Shown here: one piece after another, positions 19,624-30,244 of the stretch
Layout of the letters: each line of letters begins with the position of its first letter
Numbering within the stretch: position 1 is the first letter of the stretch
Assembly: GCA_003693705.1 (NCBI GenBank)
Contig: RBZT01000618.1
Location: 1-48,691, forward strand
Origin: Polymyxa betae A26-41
Taxonomy: Eukaryota > Protista > Endomyxa: Phytomyxea
Direction of reading: 5' to 3'
DNA length: 48,691 bases
Program-made: the position numbers and the translations under genes
The notes under the pieces: generated by a model
Database searches by the model: none
Seen by the model: only the letters and a program-made list of their open reading frames with translations
Told to the model about the DNA's origin: nothing

Positions 19624-20337
19624 TTAAAATAGATTCGCTGCTTTCTTTCTTCGATTCTGGACGCGTTTCAGTTTCAAGCTGCGAATCTGTAGAGTCAGCT
19701 CCTGCAATTTCTTCTCGATCTCGTCGATCTCCTGATCGTACGGATCTTCATCATCATCGTCCTCATCATCAGCTAGCGGATGATGATGGGCCACAGCCCG
19801 GCTCCGTACTGGCTCCGGGATCGTGGCGATCGCCCGTGGTCCATCGGTCATGCGATCACCGCGTTGCAACCGCTTTAACAGATCGTCTTTAATGGATCGC
19901 TCCGTGTCGAGGTCGTTGGCCGAGTTCGATGCATTGGACGTATACGACTCGATCATCTGCTTGAAGAGATCGAGATCACGACCGATGAATGTTGGCCCTT
20001 TCCAGGTCTTCTGCCGTTTCTTTCCGAATTCTTTCCATTGTAGTGTGATCTTATCACCAGATCTTATCTCAATAAAGTCCATCGGCATTGCTGTGCACGA
20101 TGATGCACCTGATCGATCTGCAGTACCTTTTAATGATAGCGATGGGCCTGAATATTTGCTCGTGCTTTTCTCTAGAAACCCTAAAACCCTAGTATCCAGC
20201 CCTCGTCCTGGTTTATCAAAGATTCTTGATCATATCAGCCCTGCGGTCATCCATTGATGTCTGCGCTGCACCAATCTGGTGATCTTGTGCAAGCTCTCAA
20301 AGCTTAAAGAAAAGTCGAGCGACAAATTAGGCGCCAT
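19624..20337 (-). CDS. Orphan protein with chromodomain-like segment, acidic tract and C-terminal coiled coil; one in-frame TGA near the 5' end
   Basis: The ATG at 20337 is in frame with ORF 19624-20088 apart from a TGA at 20230-20232. Contains ITLQWKEF..KTW..DL..MIESY, DDEDDDDED and a heptad EIDEIEKKLQELTLQIRSLKL. Confidence 0.45.
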
Positions 20338-20800
20338 TTCCAGTTGTGGTCTTCAATGTTAAATACACTAAAATGTCCATTGAATAATTCCATTACTGAT
20401 ACTGAACCAATTAAAAATTGATACCATCATGAAACTTGATCAGATTACCTCTCCTTGGACGACTTCATGTAAAATACCAAATCTATCATTCTTTCCTATT
20501 GGATCGTTTTGCCTTTGCCTAACCATCATTAAGGTTGAATTTGTCATTTCCATGGGCACAACTTTGGCCCCGACCGGCTTTCCAACGCTCATGTCTGTTC
20601 GCTACAGCAAGAAATCGATCAGAATCAGATAGATGCCCCGAATATATGATTCGATGCATGACGCAATCGTGATGCAAAAATGGATGAAATGCAAACAATC
20701 AATGAAGCGACAGGCGATTGTAGTGAATAAATCAGGAAAATGGATGATTTTATAGAGAGAGATGTATTTGAATACATTCGGATGAGAAGATAAAACCTGT

Positions 20801-23310
20801 TTAAGATCGATGATGTATTCGATGGTAATCGCCTTCAACACGTTCTATGGCGATTCTGTTTGGACGCGATCGTTCATTCGAGCAAGGAGTAGATCGATGG
20901 CGGTGACGACAACAGTGGCGCCAACAACCCTTTTGAAGATGGTCTGCCATCCATTCATCGGTGACATCTTCTTCAACACCTGAACGATGATCAGAGCGCT
21001 CATCGCCTTCGACACGTTTAACGACAATCCCATCATCGTATGAACACGAAAAGTCCAGGCTCTATCAGACACGATTAATTTCATAGAACGGCAGAGATGA
21101 GCCCAACCTCGTATCTGAGAATATAATCCTGATGGATCTGAACACCGAATACGAGCAATACGAACATGGTGATATTCATCGTCATGATGATGGAGAGAAC
21201 TTCATAACACCAAGTAGAGTATAGGCAGCCATACAAACAACAGATATCGGTACAGCAGTCAATAAACGATCGTGGTTCGATGGACGAATGGAGCGGAATA
21301 GGAGCGGCAGGAAGGTGATGGAGGCGATGGTGGAGGCGGCCATAACAGCAGCACGCCATGATTGTAGACCCGTTAATGCAGTGAATCCTGTAATAAATCA
21401 TCGTGAGGCAGTATGACCGCATCGTGTTCCAATCTGCATGATGATATATCCGTCTGCATATAGATCATGAGATGGATATTCAGTATGAAGTGACATAATA
21501 TTGAATGTATTGATACTACAGGATATTATACCATGAATACAGGCTATGGATAACCAGGTGATTGATATCAGGCCCGGATTAATATGATGACCACTCTGTA
21601 ATAGAGTTAGAATGAGGTTAGATAGAGCCAGACCATACAGCTGGATTGTGAACATCTTCAGACCACCGAACTTGTAGATGATCCGCCTGCGAATAACGAG
21701 AACAATGCCATCATTAAGGTATTGGATGAAGAGATCATACTGAACAGTTCAATTGATAGACCCCGGGCTCCTATCAGATCACATTAGCAGCAAAGCGTTT
21801 CTTGAACTTCGTGATTTAAAAGCGAAAACATCATCAGATTCACAACAATAAAAAAGCATTCAAAATTTGGAGCGTTTGAAAGGGCTAGGGTTAGGGTTTG
21901 TGAGACGTTCTTGTAGCAGTTTTGGGTTTCATTAATGTTGCTGGAGATCGAGCTAATAGAAATCCTACAGATGCGATTGCCATATTGAATGCGAATGAAT
22001 ATTTCATTAATGATAATGGCGCCTTCCTATAATCAATTTGTACAATATCCTGATTACAGGTTTTATCAGATACAATCTGGACTGAGTCCGTCTCAGATTC
22101 AGGATTGTTACAAATGGGTTCAATAGATCCATCTTTGGTACAGCTCAGTATCTAGTCCTTCTGCCAATCAGAACGCATAGAGACCGAGCTTGGGCTGTTG
22201 ATTCGGGCGAGAGACGGGTTCAACTGGGTTGCGATCGCATCGTTGGCTTTTGATAGAGATGAAAGTGATGGTGTAGTTATAAGAGGGTTGAATATGATAG
22301 TAGAGAAGCCAGAACTACTGGTTGATGGCAATTGTATGGTGATAGGCAATCCCAGTATGACCGAGGAATACATTATAGACATAGAGCAGGTTCTCTGTCA
22401 AGATGATTGACAACAGGAGGACGACGTAGTGGTTCAACGTGCAGTCCGTAGGTCCGTGACGGACTCCTCGCATGATTTCTGTAACTGTATAAAATGACAG
22501 TTCGGTCGGAACAAAGTCCGAATACAACACCAGATGGGATCAGATTCTCCTCGAACTTCCCGATCGCGCTTCTCAATTGAGAGATTTCCATCGCCTACAG
22601 GATGTGCTTTGGAATGGCGCCGTTTGGACGAAGTATTATCAATAGATGTGTTCATGAATTCCAGACGTCCAGATTGTATTCACCCGTCTTTTTCAGAAAC
22701 AATGCTTGAAATGATGAGTCTCAATACTGCTTGATCAAATTGCGTATATCTCAGGGGTCAAGGCATTATGCATATCAGGGCTATTAATGGTGCTATACTG
22801 CCACTGGGGTTAGGGTTTCGTTATTAGCATCGCCCTTTCCATGACAATCTATATCTTGGACGATGTGAAGCCGTACTATATCAACAATGAGCTTAGCAAC
22901 GGGTTTCTCGAGGTATTCCTTTCTCGAAATGATCACGATCATATTACAGGCTGATGCTGAATATATCGTCAGATGATGTTCTCGGGATTATCAGAAAGAG
23001 TCCCGTTGACCTAAACGCCTTTTTGTCCATGGCATTGTGCGACACCCCGATTTCAATCGAGTGCTGTTGGTGTTGCAGCTCGTATAACCGATGCTGCATG
23101 GCATGGCGGCGGGGCCAGTACGCCTTCATTGAACCGCATACGTAGATGAATCGATCAAGAGATTCTACAGGCGCCGTTTTAAACCCACTGGTAATACTGG
23201 ACAAATTGAACCCATCGACGTCATGCTCATAGATAGATATCATGATGTGATTTATTTCCAATAGATTAATATAATATTCAATATGGTATGAAGACAGTGA
23301 AATCCTGACC
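20801..23310 (-). CDS. Intron-rich orphan membrane protein (large N-terminal region, ~2 TM segments, charged tail); 5' part uncertain
   Basis: Short GT-AG introns join phase-compatible exons from ~21885 to 20801: ..FFIVVNLMMFSLLNHE|EPGVYQLNCS|ADHLQVRWSEDVHNPA|SGHH..|GFTAL..TFLPLLF..VV|FLSIIMTM..LRYE|SLDF..HRS*. The upstream exons (22-23.3 kb) could not be fully phased. Confidence 0.45.
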
Positions 23311-23707
23311 TGTGTATACCATCAAAAATCCTTAAATGAATTCAAAGTATCATTTGCTGGATTGCCGCAAAACCCATCATAAAATCTCAAATCAATAGTA
23401 CGATTCGGATAGAGCTACGATTACGTAAATGTTGTCTCAAGATTTTACAAAAACAGAGTATTTAAGTCATATAATTTCATTTAAGTTAAGGCCGCCTTAA
23501 CCTGAATAAAGACAGAAAAAGGCCCCAAATGCTCATGGTGTTCAAGATCAGCGATTCCCTCAGGCGAAAGAGGCCTCAAAACATCACTAATAGACTGAAC
23601 GACGAGTTTCAGCAATTGAAGCTCTGCGTTATGTTCAGAAATCGCTATCAATTGTACTGGCAAATTTTGGTATCTATTAATAGTTTAACGAGGTCTGGGT
23701 TAAGCAG

Positions 23708-23750
23708 ACCCATAGGCACGGGACGGTACGACCGTCCCGTGCCTATGGGT
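23708..23750. repeat. Perfect 20-bp inverted repeat with 3-nt loop
   Basis: ACCCATAGGCACGGGACGGT-ACG-ACCGTCCCGTGCCTATGGGT. Confidence 0.97.
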
Positions 23751-23772
23751 TGCAGTAGTATTGGGATCTTAA

Positions 23773-23844
23773 AGGGTGGGGGGGGGGCACTGCCGTTACA
23801 GTATCAGAGGGTGGGGGGCACTGCCGTTACAGTATCAGAGGGTG
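23773..23844 (+). repeat. G-rich direct tandem repeat (2 units plus a partial unit)
   Basis: AGGGT-G10/G6-CACTGCCGTTACAGTATCAG twice, then AGGGTG. Confidence 0.95.
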
Positions 23845-23991
23845 ACCTCTGACTAATGTTACCGGCAAACACTTGGGGGACTATAACAGGGGGCAGGACC
23901 CATTCAGTCAGGAGGTCCCAGGCGGGGTGAGGGCGGGGGTCGTGCGGGTCGTGCTGGCCCCCGCCTCCTGAGGGGATCACCATACAGCTTG

Positions 23992-26860
23992 ATGGTGCCG
24001 TATCTGGGTTTATGGATGCTGATTATGAGCCTGAACAATACCGAATTTGATCATCAGCTGCCATCCACGTCCGGGGACGTCCCGGGGCTCGGTGCCTTCG
24101 CCAAGCTCCTCGACGACAACGATTTCGAGGGCGTCGGACGCGCTCTGGGCCCACGACGCAGCGCCAATACGCTGGCGGCCCTGATCCAGTACGCCCTCCA
24201 TCGTCCATCGCCTTTATGTCGTTACTGAGCGATCTGCATCAGTACATCAAAGTATGATGAAGATGTTCAGATTCAGCTGATGGAGGAGATCGTGCGTCTG
24301 ACCGAGGCCAACGCCATACCCGCGGGCCGGTACGCCCAGCTGATGTTCGGCGTGATCGGGGAGGCCCGAATCGGGACACGACGGGTCCGCCCCGAACTGT
24401 TCGAGATCACGGCCCGGGCCCTGGCCCAGTACGACGACGACCCGGACGGGGCGGCGAATCAGTACGAGCCGCCGATGGAGGTCGTGATGCAACTGATCTC
24501 GGAGATCGAGACCACGACCAGATTGAATCCACAGATCTGGTCTGATCTCTCAACAGCGTATGAGAAAAGATCTGCCAATATGTCACGACGATCACGAGAA
24601 TATACATTGTTCTATACGCTCAGAAATAGGTCGGTCGTACTGGATCCCTGATGGATTTTATACTGATATGTTTGTAGGGGTGCTCTGAGTACAGTTTCAG
24701 ATGATGAGAGACTGATTGGATGGCGGAGGTGGTTAGTACGAGATATAGCTGCTGATATTGATAATCGTATTATGTTTATTATACGTCATTATCTAACAAC
24801 ACGTGATGATACATGTATATATATAGATATATCTGTATTAATAGATGATCTATGTATATCACATTTACATCAATTAATAGATACACTTGTATATACATGG
24901 TATATTATACATCATATCTCTATACTGTATTATATATATCATCATCTCACATGTATTTATGTTACAGGCATGTAACGGACCTCAACAAACCCATCGCCAC
25001 CGTACTGCCCCGAGCCATCGCCCATATCGCTGCAGTCGCCGATTACCCCCTGGAGCGGATCGTATCACGTCTCACACAATCGGCTGCGTAACCAACACTC
25101 AACCACTCTCTCTGTCTCTCTCTGATTGCTGATATTTGGCGGTCGTACAGGCCTGCGCTGCCGCACGCGGACCATTTCTATCAGCTGCTGTTGGGCATCC
25201 TGCGGGTCGACGACTTCCCGATTAGCGCCGATGTCGTCGCCCAGCTTCTGCAGCTCGATGTGCAACGATCCGGGAACGTGCTGCCGACCGTACTGGACCG
25301 CGTCTTCGGCGACCTCCCGCTGGACATGTTCGCGCCCGCCCTCCTGGCCCGGCACGACCTCGATGCCGTCCTGGACCGTCTGTCGGACGCATTCGTTGAC
25401 CGCCTTCGTGCTGCCAGTATGGAGTATTTAGATGCTGCTTGGTGGTCTCGATCCTTTCGCTATCAGAATATCGTCAATCTCCAACAATGCGCATTCAACA
25501 TAGAGACGTTCCTGGATTCATTGCCCATTCGTACCAACACAATTCGTGGTGCGATCATGATCGATCTGGCTTTGATCGAACCCGAATTCGGTCTGGATCA
25601 GATCGCCAGATTCATTCACGACCCGACCAATTGTGTCCTTCTAAGACCCCCGAATAAGTTGGATGTATCCATATGGGATTGGGTCATGATTTAACTCTTG
25701 TTATAGATTGAGTGTAATACGAGAACATATTCGTTATCAATGGTCTATGGAGATTGTCACATTGCTTCATACAAATCAGATCAGTGGCAGCGATATTCTT
25801 CAGCACTTTCAACATGGCGATCTTAATTCGTACATGCACAAGCTATTAAATGATTGGAATTTAATATTACCACCCCTATCCGATTCCAGCAAAAATGACT
25901 TTTATTTGACGACGATATGGTCTTTGTTAACTCTGGTCGATCTCAACGCTAATCTGAACACATTCAACTCGCTATGTTCTTGGTCCTCTCTCAGAATCTC
26001 TACTCTCATTGCAGAATGGTATTCGTCACGATCTTTCAGGATTTATTTCGCTGTTCATCTCTGTGTTGTATGTTGATTTTGCTCTGTTGTTTTCAACTGT
26101 GTTATCATCGTGCTGAAATCATGATTTGGCAGGGCTTCGGGCAAAAGTTTGAGACATGAACCAATTGATACAGTGATTTGGCAGCTGCTGTCGTTAGCGA
26201 CCCCAATCGATGATCGTCGGGCACAAAACATTTTTATATTGGCGGCGGAATCGGTCTGGTTTTGCATTGGGCGCTATAAATCGATCAGGGATGTGACGAT
26301 TCGGCGAATGTTGGAAGTGGTCCTGGACCATCCCATGATGTTGATAGTGAATATTGATAGAACATTGCAAAAGGTGATGAGACTCAGAAGTGTGCAGATG
26401 ATCCTGCATGAATCTATTGCAATCGCTCTATTCAAGGTTCCATCAATTCGTGATTCATTAGAGACATCTATTCCCGAGATTGTACAATTAGTGATTGATT
26501 TAATGCCGATGGAACCCAAGGTCAGCACATATCTTGCATTAGATGAACCTGTGGCCAATCGAGTCTTCGACAAATATCTATCTTGCTATGAATTCGGTAT
26601 GCAAGTGATTCATAATCGTCAAATGGATCTTGATGAAGATTGTCATTCAGAGGTAGATTTGGTATTTTTTGTATGACATCAAATTGATCATGATTTAGGA
26701 TGAACCTTGCTGCTCTATCTGCTTAAATCGACTCGATCTTGGATTGATTGAATCACTAAGACCCTGCAATCATCGATTTCATAGATGGTGTATTAAACCA
26801 TGGACAGAACATAGCAGTCATTGTCCATATTGTAGATCTGATATAACTCGTTCGGATTGA
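23992..26860 (+). CDS. Multi-exon protein with possible signal peptide, helical body and C-terminal RING-H2 finger (E3 ubiquitin ligase)
   Basis: The last exon (26699-26860) reads CSICLNRL..RPCNHRFHRWCIKPW..HCPYCR, a C3H2C3 finger. The 5' exons are joined by phase-compatible short introns. N-terminus MVPYLGLWMLIMSL. Confidence 0.75.
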
Positions 26861-28837
26861 AGCGGATCACGTTGATGTTGAGTTGGTTGCCTGCTGCACC
26901 TTAACAGTCAATTTCAAATAATGATTCGTTGAATTTCATCATCAGAACATGTTTAATTGTATGATTAAAATGCTATATAATCTAGCACAAGTTTCTGGTG
27001 GCATTCGATTTCATGATCGTTACAGAATATGATACATACGACAGGCATACCAATGAACAGCCTACGCTTGGTTATGGGCTCTTTGGATATGGATTCACCT
27101 GCAAAGAGATACGAAAACCGATTAGAGCCATATCATCGTAAAATTTCTACTCAATAAGGAGATCTCGGGATATCTACCGAATTTAATTCTTCTGCTCAGC
27201 ATCGATATCTTATCTCCGGCAACAGCAGACACTCGCACCAACAAGCTGAGCACTAATCGTACTATCCCATATCTGCACACGATATCCGGGAGCGAATACG
27301 TTCTACAAATATTTCACCTCGGCGGTCTACAGTGCTGTAAAAGCTATTCGACGCTAGATTATAGTCGATTTTTGGGAATGGCGAGGTTTTCATGAATCTG
27401 AACCGAACGTTGGAATCGAAGGCATGTGGCAGGCAGCACTTGAATTGAACGATAACATTCGTAATTAAAGGGACGATTGTCATCGTCAAACACGGGAAAA
27501 ATGGCGCGCAGTCAATTAGTAGAGCGAAGGTCAATCAAAGGTCAATCTATATTTTCCCATCTTTCCATAAGTCAGGGCAATAATCAACTAATAAAAAATT
27601 GTATTTTTCACACATTGTGTGAATTCACATTGGTACATTGTAACGCTTATTTTCATCCCAAAAAACGTTAGGGGACAGGTGGACCCCCAGCACATTATTA
27701 TGCAGTCGAAGATGAGGATGGTAAAGACGCGCCAAAACTAGTCTATAAATAGACGGCGAGCATAATGGAAAGAATCTAATTTGCAACAATTTCATTTGGG
27801 TCTTTTCCATCATAACACTTTATTGACTGTTATTATAAGCATATACTCGATTATGGCTACTCAATAAACGTCTGCAGCCAGTGACCAACAACAGATGCGA
27901 TTTCTGGATGCTCAGATTAATAACTGGTATCGACATCGATCTCAGAAACGAATTGATTCTTGGTGATCCGGACCCAGGGCGGTCGTCTTTATGAAGTTAA
28001 AACTGCTTCTAACTAGTTTCGCACCCAGTCTATAATAATTCTGATTATCCTTCGCTGATGGAATTTCCCTCTTTCCTCGATGTTGCGCCATCGATATACA
28101 AGATCTCAACTTCCAACCGAACTGTGATAGAGACGTCCTCCAGGAGCCCTATTCTCTGCATTCTATTATCTCTCTCGGGTTCTGTTATTTTTGTGAATAA
28201 TTCCAGCTAAGTTTTGAATGTTGTTGGATTATGTTATGGTCAAATACTTTACTATTGGGATTCTAATGCAGAGCATCAGGAGACACCTCATGTAATTCGA
28301 ATTCAAAGCAGATTACATGCATGATATTCTGAATCCTTTTGTACCAAGTCATTTCCTTCAGTTCCAGTGGCTAACAACTTCGCTTATCACTCGATATTTG
28401 CATTCATATGGAGAATGGATGTTATACTCGGGGTGTTCGATTTATTGTTGCTGGGTCGGAATACTGAAAGTCGTCATTGTCACCATCCTAATATCGACCC
28501 AATGGTGAATGGTTTCAAGAAGTTCAAGAAAGTCGTTCAAGTTGATTACAGATCCGACCAGATATCGGTAATGAGTATATACACTGATTCAACACCTCAT
28601 GTTCTATCATCACGATTGAAGTCAGTATTCACTTAACGAATGCATCGACTCGATCAAGTTTGAATGCATCACCTAAGAAATAATTAGTGTACCAAGATAC
28701 TCAATTTTGTTAGTATTGTGAAATTCCACACAATGATAGAAGTTATGGACACTCAGGTTCGCTTATGTTTGGTATTACTGTCTTAAATCTGCATAAAAAA
28801 TTTCCCAAAATGTTTCCATTTCGATAATTTGCGGGAA

Positions 28838-29836
28838 ATGGTTGACATCAAACCCAATATCAATGTTAGGCCCGATGTGAAGCCAAACATCAGCAGACTG
28901 AGATCCGATATGATGCCGAATATCGCCAGGGTACCGGTCGTTATCAAGCCAGATATTAGCCGGCCTGCATCCAATGCAAATGTTAGAAAACCTATAGCGA
29001 CTGTTGATAGGAATAGACCAAAGAAAACCAGGAAAGTGAAAAAGAAGCGAAAAAAGGATCCGAATGCTCCTCCTCGCCCTGCATCTGCATTTATTAGGTT
29101 CTCACAAGCCAATAGAGAGAGAATAATTCGGGAAAACCCAGAAGCAACTTTCGGTAGGAGTTCCGTTTTTTTACAGTTGATATTTTTAAAGTCTCATTGC
29201 TACGTTTGTTTATTATTTGTCCAGCAAGGTAATGCTCTTTATGTAGCTCAGATCGGGAGATTAATGGGAGAAGCCTGGAAGCAAACCTCTGCGGAAGAGC
29301 AGATGCGGTATTACGTGCAAGAAGCAAATGCACGAGAGATCTATGAACAAAGGCTAGGACGGCCAACGAATGTGAATGCGCTTCAAAATGGAAAGACAGA
29401 AATGTGTGCAGGTAATCAGACTTCTTGCAATATTTTTCCTGAACGAATGCATCATTAGATCTATGCGATTCGGCTGTTGGAGCTTCAAATAAAGCTCGTC
29501 CAGCCCCTTCTGATGCTCCATCTGTTGCGAAAAACGAAAACGACATTGAGCCTGCACTGAAAAAAATAGATCTCGATTCTCAGATTGTCCAACAAGATAT
29601 TCATTTAGAAAACCACAACGACATCGCATGCAGTAAGCTACATGTTGCTGAACGATTGCAAGTTTGACGAGCGTTGCTAAACAGGCGCTACATTTGAGCC
29701 AAACCACGATCTTAAGCCGATCAGCTCAGAGTTGAGTCAAAACCAGATTGCTACAGCAATTTTGGCCAACGAACCCACCCAGGACGCAGATCACCCAAAG
29801 TTGCTGGATGTCATTGATCTCACAAACGACGATTAA
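28838..29836 (+). CDS. HMG-box protein (NHP6/HMGB-like box), multi-exon
   Basis: KKDPNAPPRPASAFIRFSQANRERIIRENPEATF|AQIGRLMGEAWK. Spliced exons end in LLDVIDLTNDD* (TAA 29834-29836). Confidence 0.88.
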
Positions 29837-30244
29837 TTATCAATAATGGGTTTATATCCAAGTATTCTTTTTCTAAACCTTTCATCTCGAAATTCAGCAG
29901 ATTCGCCGTCTCATCAACCTGGTGTTGTTTTCACCAGAATGGCACATCTTTCGAAATCCTTCCTAGTTGGATTTGCATCACGTTTAAGCATAACACTGAT
30001 GGATGTCATTCTGGAAAGAACTATCCCAAAAAACACAGATCTGTCTGATGTAGGATTGGAGTCTCCTAACATCTGAATCTGAATGTGTGATATCATGGCC
30101 CCATGCAGATCCCATTACCCCATCACCCCATGCGAACCCCATCACCCCATGCTTGTCTGTGCTCTGTCAGAGTGTTTGACGTTTCACTTGACTGTCATTT
30201 CATGACAAGGTACACCATATCGATCTTTTAGTTTCGAGGTCGTC

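Noticed and set aside
21936-23145. Plus-strand pseudogenes downstream of telo-boxes
   Set aside because: They have many stops and no recognisable motifs. The adjacent minus-strand exon chain explains the region better, though it is not fully phased here.
23755-23800. Polinton/Maverick terminus (AGTAGT start) or endogenous virus
   Set aside because: No matching opposite TIR and no polB, integrase, ATPase or capsid motifs in the window.
23773-23844. CRISPR-like repeat-spacer array
   Set aside because: Only two units, no unique spacers, no cas genes, and a eukaryotic context.
27660-28640. piggyBac-like GGGGAC..GACCCC motif and RNase H-like ILYIDGAT fragment
   Set aside because: Isolated short matches in stop-ridden sequence with no TTAA-bounded TIR or further domain support.
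29354-29707. Minus-strand C2HC zinc-finger-like ORF
   Set aside because: It is antisense to well-phased exons of the HMG-box gene.
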